A stretch of DNA of 56,276 nucleotides from a virus (lineage: Duplodnaviria > Caudoviricetes), in IMG/VR virus record IMGVR_UViG_3300033148_005213, positions 1-56,276 of that record. One strand, 5' to 3'. The notes below the pieces were generated by a model, which worked only from the letters and a program-made list of their open reading frames with translations, made no database searches and had not been told where the DNA came from. The position numbers and the translations under genes are program-made. Position 1 is the stretch's first letter; every line of letters starts with the position of its first letter. Of the stretch, positions 19,785-28,773 are shown in pieces.

Positions 19785-19862
19785 TTTTTATTTTTACTTA
19801 CAATAGAAATATACAAAAACTTTTTGGAAATAGCAAGAACTATTTCACTTATTTTACACAAA

Positions 19863-20218
19863 TAAAAAATCCTCACAATATGTTAGCTATGAGGATTTTT
19901 GGAGGCAATTTATATGTAAAATCATTATATTCAAGAACACCATCAGTAGGTTTCTAACCTACTTCCCAACTATGAATTTACACTTCTTCGAAATTTATTT
20001 GGTTGTTTTGGACATTTAATAAGTTCACGCATTTTCATTAAAACAGAGTTCGTGATTCTCCCTGTGGTTGTCCGATTAATTTCAAATTATAGCAATTTCA
20101 ATTTTATTGGGCCGATCCTTCAAATCTCTTTAGTGATGGTGATACTGAGCCGAAATATTTGGTTGTTGAGTGTAAGCTAATACACCATATCCCGTCAAGT
20201 ATTTTTATTTATTTATAT
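19863..20218 (-). ncRNA. Candidate structured ncRNA with tRNA-like acceptor/T-arm
   Basis: Early promoter 20225-20253 and late promoter 20210-20217 upstream, terminator downstream, no convincing ORF; CACCATCA pairs with TGATGGTG directly after the GTAGG-TTAGAAA-CCTAC hairpin. Confidence 0.6.
19864..19900. terminator. Intrinsic terminator (AAAAATCCTCA...TGAGGATTTTT)
   Basis: Inverted repeat sharing ATGTTAGCTATGAGG with 965-1004. Confidence 0.8.
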
Positions 20219-20265
20219 ATATGAAATATACAAAGACTTTTTGTAAATAGCAAGAGAAATAATAA

Positions 20266-20958
20266 TTATTTTGATACCCATCCAATTTGTTTTCTATATC
20301 TATCAACAGTTTCTTCAAAATCATATTTATTGAATGATGTTAGCACAGCATTTGTAAATTTGTCCCAGTATTCTTGAAATGTTGGAAATTCTCTTTTGAA
20401 CACAGTTTTAATTGACCTCCAGCTGATGGAGCAATGTTTTTGAGCAAATATTCTATTTTTAATTCTTTGGTCAAAAACATTATTAAAATTTGTACTATAA
20501 TAAAATATATTTCTATATTTATTCAATTTTTGTTCAGCAGCATTTATTTTTTCTAACAAAATATCAATTTCTTTATCAAACACATTTATTTTATTATTCA
20601 AATCAGCTATGTTGTTTTTAATTTCTTTGTTAATTTCTTTGTGCCACCATCTTCTAAATTTATTAAAATTATTATATTCTCTTAGTTTATCTTCTTCACT
20701 GATTTTATTTTTAATCAAATACCATCTAGATAATGAGATATCAAAAACCATGTATCCAAAATAATTGTAATCATCAATTAATTTTTTCAAAGATTTATCT
20801 TTTTGAAATTCTGTGTATTTTTGAGCAGCATAATCTATATTTACACTTATAATCCATTGTTTATAATATTTTTCATATTCTTCTTTTTCTGGTATCAATT
20901 TATGAAACATCAATTCAAGCTGTAATTTACCTTGCATACCAAATCCTCCATTGTCCAT
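20266..20958 (-). CDS. Hypothetical protein with coiled coil
   Basis: 230-aa ORF; GGAGG SD suggests start at MQGKLQ. Confidence 0.7.
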   Translation of the reverse strand: MDNGGFGMQGKLQLELMFHKLIPEKEEYEKYYKQWIISVNIDYAAQKYTEFQKDKSLKKLIDDYNYFGYMVFDISLSRWYLIKNKISEEDKLREYNNFNKFRRWWHKEINKEIKNNIADLNNKINVFDKEIDILLEKINAAEQKLNKYRNIFYYSTNFNNVFDQRIKNRIFAQKHCSISWRSIKTVFKREFPTFQEYWDKFTNAVLTSFNKYDFEETVDRYRKQIGWVSK

Positions 20959-21127
20959 TATTTAAACATTCAATACATGTTGATTTAAAAAAGGAACATT
21001 CTCCACTTTCGTCATCATGTTTCCATTTACATAGATATCCTTCATGATCTTCAGCTTCTAATGCATATATTTCTTGGTCAATAATGAGTTTGAGAGGTAA
21101 CATTTTATCCAGTTCTTCAATAGTCAT
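20927..21127 (-). CDS. Hypothetical protein; N-terminus similar to 29333..29611
   Basis: MTIEELDKMLPLKLII versus MTIDEMNNLLPFKVKI. Confidence 0.6.
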   Translation of the reverse strand: MTIEELDKMLPLKLIIDQEIYALEAEDHEGYLCKWKHDDESGECSFFKSTCIECLNNGQWRIWYAR

Positions 21128-22132
21128 CTATTTCTCCAAATTAACTTTCTTTATTCTTCTTAATTTCATGATGTTTTTTAATTTCATTTGAGCAACTATT
21201 CCACTATATGTATTATTTAGTAAAATACGCTTTATATCATCCTTTGTATGGCCATCTATAATATATTCGTTATTATCCTTCCATGTAAATGATTTTGGCC
21301 AAATGACCACCTTAAAGTCTTTCTCAGCCATTTCTAAACTTTTTCGAATACCGGTTTCATCATTATCAAAACAAAAAACAGGTTTTTTCAAAATATCCAA
21401 CAATAAATCTGGAAGTGAAGCAGACAGCATTGAAATTGAATTACTGATAAAGAATGAATCAATGTGACTCTCTAAAATATAAACAATTTTATCTTTATCA
21501 ATATTATACAAATTGCCAACTTTCAAATTTTTCTTAGATGCTAACGAAATGTGAAATTTCTTTTCAGTTATTGATCTACCTAAAAACCCATACATTGCAT
21601 CATCAGAATTTCTATACAACGGCATTATTAACATTTGCCCATATGCTTTTTCTTTTTTACTAGCTTTACACCAAAAGAATTTTTCATATATTTCTTTTGG
21701 AATTTTTCTATTTTTACAATATTTTACCGCATCTTGATTTTCTTTAATGTTTACAAATATTTTTTTAGATAGTGACTTTACGAATTTTGTTTGATCTCCA
21801 TCGTATGTGCTATTTGAAGTTGTTGATTTTCTTCTGATAGATTTTCTTGATATTACATCATCCAATTTTTCTCTTTTTTGTTCTTCATTGAATTTATTGA
21901 ATAATGTTGTATCCACAATTTTCAAATATTTCCAAAATGAAGTATGTAATCCGCAATTCCAACAACTGACAATCATTCCACCATCTGGTTGAGGACTAAA
22001 CCATAATCTAGTTTTTGATTTTGATTTTTCTGAATCGCCACAAACATTGCATCTTGCATTCCATTTACCATATTCTTTTTGCTTCAAATTGATCAAGCCT
22101 AAAGAAAATATATAATCAGTATAATTAATCAT
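21128..22132 (-). CDS. gp61: T4-type DNA primase
   Basis: Zn finger RCNVCGDS..SKSK.R...CWNCG; TOPRIM LESHIDSFF, FDND, KDNNE. Confidence 0.92.
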   Translation of the reverse strand: MINYTDYIFSLGLINLKQKEYGKWNARCNVCGDSEKSKSKTRLWFSPQPDGGMIVSCWNCGLHTSFWKYLKIVDTTLFNKFNEEQKREKLDDVISRKSIRRKSTTSNSTYDGDQTKFVKSLSKKIFVNIKENQDAVKYCKNRKIPKEIYEKFFWCKASKKEKAYGQMLIMPLYRNSDDAMYGFLGRSITEKKFHISLASKKNLKVGNLYNIDKDKIVYILESHIDSFFISNSISMLSASLPDLLLDILKKPVFCFDNDETGIRKSLEMAEKDFKVVIWPKSFTWKDNNEYIIDGHTKDDIKRILLNNTYSGIVAQMKLKNIMKLRRIKKVNLEK

Positions 22133-22135
22133 TTA

Positions 22136-22506
22136 TCACATACATTTTTTATCATTATCCCAAATAAATTCAGGCTTCTTTTTATTTTCTATATCATCAA
22201 CAAATTCAAATTCTGCTTCTCCATGAAAACTAAGTGCAATGTCTTTATTTCCATTTTCATCTACTGAATGTGCATCAATCCCCTCCATTACGCCATCTGC
22301 AATAATCCTCATACTAACATAAGCTACTATAAATGTCATTTGATATAACTCAAATATATCATTTGATATAACTCAAATATATCATTTAATGAAAGTCTTT
22401 CCAATATAAAATCTATACCAAATGATGTACATATTACTGGATCTAAATAATTAGTAATTTTAATTTCTTTGCCAACATCATCACCTTTTAATTCTGAAAT
22501 TTTCAT
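22136..22506 (-). pseudogene. Paralog-family gene interrupted by a 23-bp tandem duplication
   Basis: MKISELKGDDVGKEIKI start at 22506 with AGGAG SD; removing one repeat copy gives a 348-nt open frame ending KKKPEFIWDNDKK. Confidence 0.85.
22336..22387. repeat. 23-bp tandem duplication TCATTTGATATAACTCAAATATA x2 plus 6 bp
   Basis: Copies at 22336-22358 and 22359-22381. Confidence 0.95.
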
Positions 22507-22525
22507 TTAATCTCCTAAAAAATAA

Positions 22526-22659
22526 AAAGTTATTGAATTTGGCACATCGGATAGATAGCGATATACAATATTAACTTACCAAAGAAACTACTGTAAAAGG
22601 GCATTCCAGCAATCCCTATCCGACACATACCAACACTGGCCCTAAAATTCAATAACTTT
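22526..22659 (-). ncRNA. Candidate rod-shaped structured RNA
   Basis: 15-bp perfect closing stem (22526-22540/22645-22659) plus inner TCGGATAG/CTATCCGA stem; G-U pairs favour the minus strand. Confidence 0.55.
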
Positions 22660-22673
22660 ATAAATTTATAAAT

Positions 22674-23057
22674 TTAATTATTTACAATCCATAATTTTTT
22701 ATCATTGTCCCAAATTAATGGTTGTTGCTTTTTTTACAATTGAATCATCAACAAATTCGATTTCTGCTTCACCATGAAAACTAATACCAATATTATTTAA
22801 AATTTTTAAGTTCAGCGTATTTACTAAATGAATAATATCGATAATGCCCCTCATCACCTATAATTTCAAATTCATATATACTTGCCAAGATAATTAAGTG
22901 TAAATTTACAATTGATTATATCATCAATATTGCAACTTATTTTCAACATCATTTTCAACGCTTCTTCGTTTATATGTAATCGATCATTATCATCGACATA
23001 TTTAATAAGTCTATATTCTTTACCAACATCTTCTTTTGTCAAATCTTTAACTTTCAT
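22674..23057 (-). pseudogene. Degenerate paralog-family gene (several frame breaks)
   Basis: MKVKDLTKEDVGKEY stops at 22872; downstream frames read ISFHGEAEIEFVDD and KKQQPLIWDNDKKLWIVNN. Confidence 0.75.
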
Positions 23058-23088
23058 TTACAATTTCTCTCAATTCATTTAACTTTAA

Positions 23089-23165
23089 TTGCGGCAATGA
23101 CAGGATTTGAACCTGCGACCTAGTGAATTTTTATTCCCCTTATTCAACCACCGAACTCCATTGCC
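23089..23165 (-). tRNA. Degenerate tRNA / tRNA-like gene, isotype undetermined
   Basis: Acceptor GGCAATG/CATTGCC, D-stem GTTC/GAAT, T-arm GCAGG-TTCAAAT-CCTGT; mismatched anticodon stem with loop ATAAAAA; ends G-CAA; own promoter 23183-23211. Confidence 0.7.
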
Positions 23166-23220
23166 GTTTAATGCATTACTTGAATTTACTAAATAATTTT
23201 AGTAATAGCAAGCATTATTT

Positions 23221-23406
23221 TTAATAACTTTGCAAAATAGCTTTCTTAACTCTTTTTGCAAAAAATGAAGGATTTTGTTCCAAATCATTCATATGATCAT
23301 TTATTTCAACCACCTGCTCTATATGATCAGTCATGAACACATTTGAATTAAATTTGGTATCAATTATATAATAAAATCCTTCTATCTTACCATAAACATA
23401 TCTCAT
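23221..23406 (-). CDS. Hypothetical protein
   Basis: 61-aa ORF, AGGAG SD, ATGA overlap. Confidence 0.6.
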   Translation of the reverse strand: MRYVYGKIEGFYYIIDTKFNSNVFMTDHIEQVVEINDHMNDLEQNPSFFAKRVKKAILQSY

Positions 23407-23639
23407 TTCAACTCCTTTAGTTCTTTATAAACCCATTTAATAATATCACATAGTATACTTGAATAACAAATAATTAATGCTATTGGCGGTATTAACATAA
23501 CTAAAAATTTTTTTCTATTCTTATTTGATAATGCAAGTGCCATTCCTGAATTGATTACCAATATAAATAATAAAAATATCATATTAGAGTATATTATAAT
23601 GCTTGAGATCATTTCTTTCTCCAATTTAAAATTAACCAT
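23403..23639 (-). CDS. Small membrane protein
   Basis: Hydrophobic; IPP-A motif shared with the adjacent ORF. Confidence 0.55.
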   Translation of the reverse strand: MVNFKLEKEMISSIIIYSNMIFLLFILVINSGMALALSNKNRKKFLVMLIPPIALIICYSSILCDIIKWVYKELKELK

Positions 23640-23791
23640 CTGACAAAATTATAAATAGTTGCAAGTATTGCCAATGGTGGAATCATAAAAAAATTAAACT
23701 TTCTATCATTCCACCAATATGACAACATCCAATTTACAATCAATACTACTATTATGAAATACAGAAATTCAGGAGACATACTATACTCCAA
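23609..23791 (-). CDS. Small membrane protein
   Basis: Hydrophobic; RKF..FMIPPLAI resembles KKFLVMLIPPIAL of its neighbour. Confidence 0.55.
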   Translation of the reverse strand: MEYSMSPEFLYFIIVVLIVNWMLSYWWNDRKFNFFMIPPLAILATIYNFVRWLILNWRKK

Positions 23792-24071
23792 AATAATTTA
23801 GTGTTTTAGTTTTAATAATCTCTTCACTTTGAGGAACTTCTACTTCTACATCTTTTCGTTCTTGCATTTTGAAATCACTATCATACAACCAGAATCTATT
23901 GCCAAGATCCTCAAAATAAACAAGATATTGATAAGTTTCACGATGATCATGAACATCTTCAATAATTCCAATTTCTCCAACCCAAAGATTGACAATTTCT
24001 CCATACTTTCGTTGTATGCAATCTCTCATCATAACCACTTCATTGTCTTTTTTGTACTTTGATTCTTTCAT
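23781..24071 (-). CDS. Hypothetical SH3-like protein
   Basis: KYK....V...GEIG.I......Y.YLV.F......W pattern; AGGAG SD. Confidence 0.6.
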   Translation of the reverse strand: MKESKYKKDNEVVMMRDCIQRKYGEIVNLWVGEIGIIEDVHDHRETYQYLVYFEDLGNRFWLYDSDFKMQERKDVEVEVPQSEEIIKTKTLNYFGV

Positions 24072-24292
24072 AATACTTCTCCTTTACGTAATAATACATT
24101 TAAATATACAGATACATATTCCTGTTAATAAAGCACCAACATAGATTCCTAACATAAAAGCAGTGTCAAATACAAATTTTCGTTCTTTTGAATTCATATT
24201 TTACCTCATTTAATTTACTTAATATAAATATATAAAAATATATTAAAAAAAGCAAGTAAAATTATTATTATTTTATACAAAGGATTTAAATC

Positions 24293-26626
24293 ATGGCTGT
24301 GATACATACAAATCAATATAACAATTTACATGTAGAATCAATAGAATATCTGGCAGATGCATCTACAACTGATCTGGTTGCAGACAATGAATTATTTAGC
24401 ATTCACCAAGCCACTGATGATATATATAGATTAAATGATAAAATTGTAGTTGATAATGGGCCAGCTGTAATAGGTGAATATTTTTATTGTTTCAATTACG
24501 CTTATGCAGATTGTTTAACTGATTTTAATCCTGGACTTAGTGATTTTGCATTAGCTGTAAAAGTAAAGCTTTCTACAATTACTACTTTGAGACAAGGCAT
24601 TTTTGGTAAACTAAATACTGAAACTGATCAAGGTAGTTATGGATTTTATTATTTAGAAAATCAAGGCACTAAGCCAACATATGATCTTCAATTTCCAGGT
24701 GGTGGAACATATGTTGGACAATTAAATATTGATGCAGCTACAGATTTTGTAAATTTAATTATGTCTGTTGATCGTGATGGATATATGGATATATATTCAG
24801 GTAAAACATTATTAAAGCACATTGATATATCTAGTGACGTAGCTATAGATTTAACTCAACGTTTCCCATTAAGATATGGTGCTGTTGAAGATGATTTGCA
24901 AGTTATATACAAAGCTCAAGGAATTGGCATATCTACAGGTTGTGTTTGGAATAAAGCTTTAAATCAAACAGATGTTGATAATTATATTGATAACGATGAT
25001 GCAGGATCTAATGTAATTTTAAAACATAGATTAAATGCTGGTAGTGGCGACACTATATATGATATGACAGTTTATGATACTCCAAAGAAAAATATTGTTT
25101 ATATTGGCGATTCCATTACTAGAGGTTGGCCTACATATAATCGCAGTTATCCAATACAACTAAAAGAAATGTATGATATACCAAATGTAAGAGAAATGGC
25201 AAACTTTAACCGTTCTGATAATGGAGATAAAGTTCTTTACATGATTGATGATGGAGTTTACGTTGATGGTCTTTACAAAACTGGAATATGTGATACACTC
25301 ATTTTTATGGGTGGAATAAATGATTATAATGGTAATGGTGTTACTGCACCTGAATTATATGCATTAATAAAAACATACGTAAACGCTAGAGCTGCTACAG
25401 GATGGAAAGTTCATGTTATTTCCAATCCTTCATGTGGATCAGCTGGATGGGAAACTTTACGAGCAGAAGTTTATACTTCAATGACAACTGATGCAGGGTT
25501 TAATTGTGAAAGTGTTATTGATATTAGAAGTACTCCTGTAGGAATGTTAAATGGGTATTCTGATCTAACATATTTTACACCGGATCAAATACATTTGACT
25601 GCTGATGCATTGACGATAATTGCAAATGCTGTTTATAATGCTATAGATTTAACACCGCAAGCAACTAGATCTGATGCTAATTTAAATCCGATGAATGAAT
25701 TACCAACAGGTGTGCCAACCGCATTTGATGTAAGTACAGTTACAAGTGTTACATATACTTCACTACATGCTGAAATTACAAATGTTGCAGCAAGTTGGGA
25801 ATATGTTCGGAAAATATTAAATGTGCCAATTGGAGTTGATGTTACTGTTGAAGTTGAACGAGATATTGTATCTGGTACATATGCTTTATATATTGGTACA
25901 TCACCCCTTGGAACTCAATATCTATTTGATAATTCACATCCTGACATTACTACTACATTCACAACAACTGCTGATTCACTGTACATTAATTTATTCGCCA
26001 ATAATGGCATCAATAGGATTAAAAACATAACAGTAACTATTGACGGTCATTGTGTTGATAATTGGAATCAAAATACTGATGGATCATTCAAACCTACTCT
26101 AACATTAGAAGGTGCAGGGAAAAAAGGTGATGCATATATTTCAAAACGGATTGGAACAAATTTAGATGCAACTGGTTCACCTATTTCAATACAACCGTAT
26201 GATTGGTCACAATTACCTCATTCTTTCAAATTTAAAGACATTGCTGCATTTCAAATCTGGAATAAAAATGATGCAGCTGTTTGGGGTTCATCTTTCACTG
26301 GTACTCCGGTCGATGATCAATTTACATGGACATATACTGAATTATTGAATTTTGAAACATATATTGAACCAGCATACGAAAATCAATTATTCATATTGAA
26401 AAATAATTTAAATCAATTGATTGAAGTACTAACATATTCTGACGCATTAACAGGTGATGATTTAACAGATACTGAAAACTATTTAAGTGCTTATAATCAG
26501 AATGTTAGAAAAATTAATGGGTATGTAAACAAAAAAAGAAATGCTGGAAATAATATTGTTGAAGAAAAAGAAAATATAACTTGCATTGTCAATATTAATG
26601 ATCCAAATATTGTATGGATGTACTAA
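24293..26626 (+). CDS. Late virion-associated protein with LamG-like and SGNH/GDSL hydrolase domains
   Basis: IGDSIT (block I), GGIND (block III), DQIH (block V); LamG-like end VWNKALNQTDV; late promoter 24223-24230. Confidence 0.8.
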   Translation: MAVIHTNQYNNLHVESIEYLADASTTDLVADNELFSIHQATDDIYRLNDKIVVDNGPAVIGEYFYCFNYAYADCLTDFNPGLSDFALAVKVKLSTITTLRQGIFGKLNTETDQGSYGFYYLENQGTKPTYDLQFPGGGTYVGQLNIDAATDFVNLIMSVDRDGYMDIYSGKTLLKHIDISSDVAIDLTQRFPLRYGAVEDDLQVIYKAQGIGISTGCVWNKALNQTDVDNYIDNDDAGSNVILKHRLNAGSGDTIYDMTVYDTPKKNIVYIGDSITRGWPTYNRSYPIQLKEMYDIPNVREMANFNRSDNGDKVLYMIDDGVYVDGLYKTGICDTLIFMGGINDYNGNGVTAPELYALIKTYVNARAATGWKVHVISNPSCGSAGWETLRAEVYTSMTTDAGFNCESVIDIRSTPVGMLNGYSDLTYFTPDQIHLTADALTIIANAVYNAIDLTPQATRSDANLNPMNELPTGVPTAFDVSTVTSVTYTSLHAEITNVAASWEYVRKILNVPIGVDVTVEVERDIVSGTYALYIGTSPLGTQYLFDNSHPDITTTFTTTADSLYINLFANNGINRIKNITVTIDGHCVDNWNQNTDGSFKPTLTLEGAGKKGDAYISKRIGTNLDATGSPISIQPYDWSQLPHSFKFKDIAAFQIWNKNDAAVWGSSFTGTPVDDQFTWTYTELLNFETYIEPAYENQLFILKNNLNQLIEVLTYSDALTGDDLTDTENYLSAYNQNVRKINGYVNKKRNAGNNIVEEKENITCIVNINDPNIVWMY

Positions 26627-26668
26627 TTTAATTATAAATATATAAAAAATAATATATAAGAGGAAAAT

Positions 26669-27277
26669 ATGGCAGTAATAACCACAAATCAATATGTAAA
26701 TTTGCACATAGAATCAATGGGAGAACCAAGTAGACCAGCAATTCCTTCAGCAGTTGTTGCAACTACACTCCAAGGTTCTTCATCTGTGGCTCAAGTATGC
26801 ACATTCCAAGTAGGTGTAGCTGAGTTGGCTGGAAATTATGACTGGAACATGTTTTGTATATCCAGTGCATTAAATGTACATAATTTTTATGTTTGGTTTG
26901 ATGTGGGTAGTGAAAACAAAGATCCGAGAATTGGAGATAAGCAAGGTATAAAAGTTTCTATGACTGCAACAGAAACAATTAACGACATTGCAACTAAAAT
27001 AGCAGCCGCAATAAATGCAAATGTTAATTTCAGTGCTGTTGCTGCAACTGACACTGTAACTATTACAAATGCTAATAACGGTTACGCTGATGACATAACA
27101 AATGGTCCAAATGAAACATTTGATTATCAGGCAACTATCTCCGCAACCGTTAACTTAAAAAATATAATCGGATATGTAATTCAGCGAAGAGATTCTGGTA
27201 TTACAATGGTGCAAAGTAGAATACCAATTTCATGTATAGTGAATATCAATGATCCTGACATCATCTGGATGTACTAA
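26669..27277 (+). CDS. Late virion-associated protein sharing termini with 24293..26626
   Basis: MAVITTNQY.NLH.ES start and CIVNINDP.I.WMY end; late promoter 26633-26640. Confidence 0.75.
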   Translation: MAVITTNQYVNLHIESMGEPSRPAIPSAVVATTLQGSSSVAQVCTFQVGVAELAGNYDWNMFCISSALNVHNFYVWFDVGSENKDPRIGDKQGIKVSMTATETINDIATKIAAAINANVNFSAVAATDTVTITNANNGYADDITNGPNETFDYQATISATVNLKNIIGYVIQRRDSGITMVQSRIPISCIVNINDPDIIWMY

Positions 27278-27284
27278 AATTTAC

Positions 27285-27316
27285 AAAAAAGAGCTAATTT
27301 TTATTTAGCTCTTTTT
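27285..27316. terminator. Bidirectional terminator between convergent genes
   Basis: AAAAAGAGCTAA...TTAGCTCTTTTT. Confidence 0.8.
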
Positions 27317-27467
27317 ATTTTTTTAAGAAACAACTCCCTAATTTCTTTTCTATCAATTCCTTCTTCTCTCAATTCTTTCCAAATTTGTATTTTAATTGGA
27401 AGTATTACCTTCCATTGTTTTCTACTTCATCCATTTCGTCTATTCATTTATTCACCATAACTAATAT

Positions 27468-27866
27468 TTATCCTCTAAAATCCTCAATATCATCTTTGAA
27501 TGCAATTGCAATACAATTGTCGCATAGATAACCAACAAGTGAATCTCCATCATATTCACTACCATACCCACAACTAATATCAATATGATTTAAATGAGTG
27601 TGAAGTGATGTTCTATCACATTTAATGCAATTATTGTTGGTAGGAATTATTGTAAAATGTTCTTTGAACAAAACTAAATCATATTCATTTAAAGTTAATT
27701 CAGTTTTTTCATTATTGACTAAACCTCTTATAAGTTTATTTCCATTATTATATGTTGATTCATCCAATAACATTGATATTAATTTATCCTTAGCATCAGG
27801 TACATATTTATTTATTTCTCTTTTCAAAATGTGATAATGTATTTTTGCATATACAAATCGTTCCAT
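27468..27866 (-). CDS. Hypothetical zinc-binding protein
   Basis: CIKC...GYGS.YDG....LCDNC. Confidence 0.7.
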   Translation of the reverse strand: MERFVYAKIHYHILKREINKYVPDAKDKLISMLLDESTYNNGNKLIRGLVNNEKTELTLNEYDLVLFKEHFTIIPTNNNCIKCDRTSLHTHLNHIDISCGYGSEYDGDSLVGYLCDNCIAIAFKDDIEDFRG

Positions 27867-27881
27867 AATCTCTCCAGTTTG

Positions 27882-28103
27882 TTACCAACTAATAATGTGT
27901 TGCAATAATTTAAATTTCTTTTTTCTATAATATAAACATTCATCTTCATAAACATCTATGCATTTTGGATCTTTTAAATAATTAATATATTCATCTGAAG
28001 TATATTTTAGTCCTTGAAAACATGCATGTAAACAGCACTTCTTTTTTCTGTGTACACATCTTTTACATTCTTTAGATATTTTCATAGCATAAACTCCATG
28101 CAA
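27882..28103 (-). CDS. Cys-rich hypothetical protein
   Basis: CKRCVH...C...CLYY. Confidence 0.55.
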   Translation of the reverse strand: MHGVYAMKISKECKRCVHRKKKCCLHACFQGLKYTSDEYINYLKDPKCIDVYEDECLYYRKKKFKLLQHIISW

Positions 28104-28760
28104 TTATTCCATTTCATCATATTTCCAGTTATATTTTTCTATATCATAGGTAGTTGCATGGCTATCTATTAAATATCCTTGTTTGGTATAAATTACGTCA
28201 GAAACAACAAAACCATTATCATTATTTTTAATTTCAATTTTCTCATTAAATTCTGGCTTAGTATTTTCAAACGAAATAAATTTTTTATCATCTTCAATCA
28301 TTTGATCCTCCACTTGCTTTATACTTTGATTCCATGACATCATAACATTTGATTGTATTATTGTACTGATATATTGTTTAAAATCAACAACTAAATCAAA
28401 TAAAATCCATGATGCTAGTGATATATTAGATTTTTTGCTGTCTTCTGTAGACATACCAACATCAGCACTTAATAACAATTTATAGGAATCTGGCTCAATG
28501 GTCATCACAATAAACGAATCATCTGCCCATGAATCAACTCCAATACTAATTAGTACCATCGGAGTATAATTTAAATCTTTATATTCTTGTGTAACTAATT
28601 TTAAATTTAATGAGTTGTCAGGTTTTAATTTTTTTAACTCATTAAAAATATCCTTACAATCTTCTATTAAAGTTGGATGAAAAGCTTCATAGTTGAAAGT
28701 TTTTAAGACTGATTCAAGTTCTTTAAATTTAACTAATTTCAATAATTCATGAATATTCAT
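28104..28760 (-). CDS. Hypothetical protein
   Basis: 218-aa ORF in a packed run. Confidence 0.7.
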   Translation of the reverse strand: MNIHELLKLVKFKELESVLKTFNYEAFHPTLIEDCKDIFNELKKLKPDNSLNLKLVTQEYKDLNYTPMVLISIGVDSWADDSFIVMTIEPDSYKLLLSADVGMSTEDSKKSNISLASWILFDLVVDFKQYISTIIQSNVMMSWNQSIKQVEDQMIEDDKKFISFENTKPEFNEKIEIKNNDNGFVVSDVIYTKQGYLIDSHATTYDIEKYNWKYDEME

Positions 28761-28773
28761 ATTATAGAGCCCG

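Noticed and set aside
19863-20218. Calling the ncRNA candidate a tmRNA (similar size, TTGACGGGAT, T-arm)
   Set aside because: No GGGG 5' end, no G3-U alanine identity pair, no CCA and no Ala-ending tag frame found
22336-22387. CRISPR-like repeat
   Set aside because: Two adjacent copies with no spacer; no regularly spaced array or cas gene seen in the window
27301-27447. Stop-codon reassignment suggested by MNRRNG*SRKQWK... (in-frame TGA where Trp would fit)
   Set aside because: Single tiny ORF; all conserved genes are full length in the standard code and TAG/TGA fall at natural gene ends
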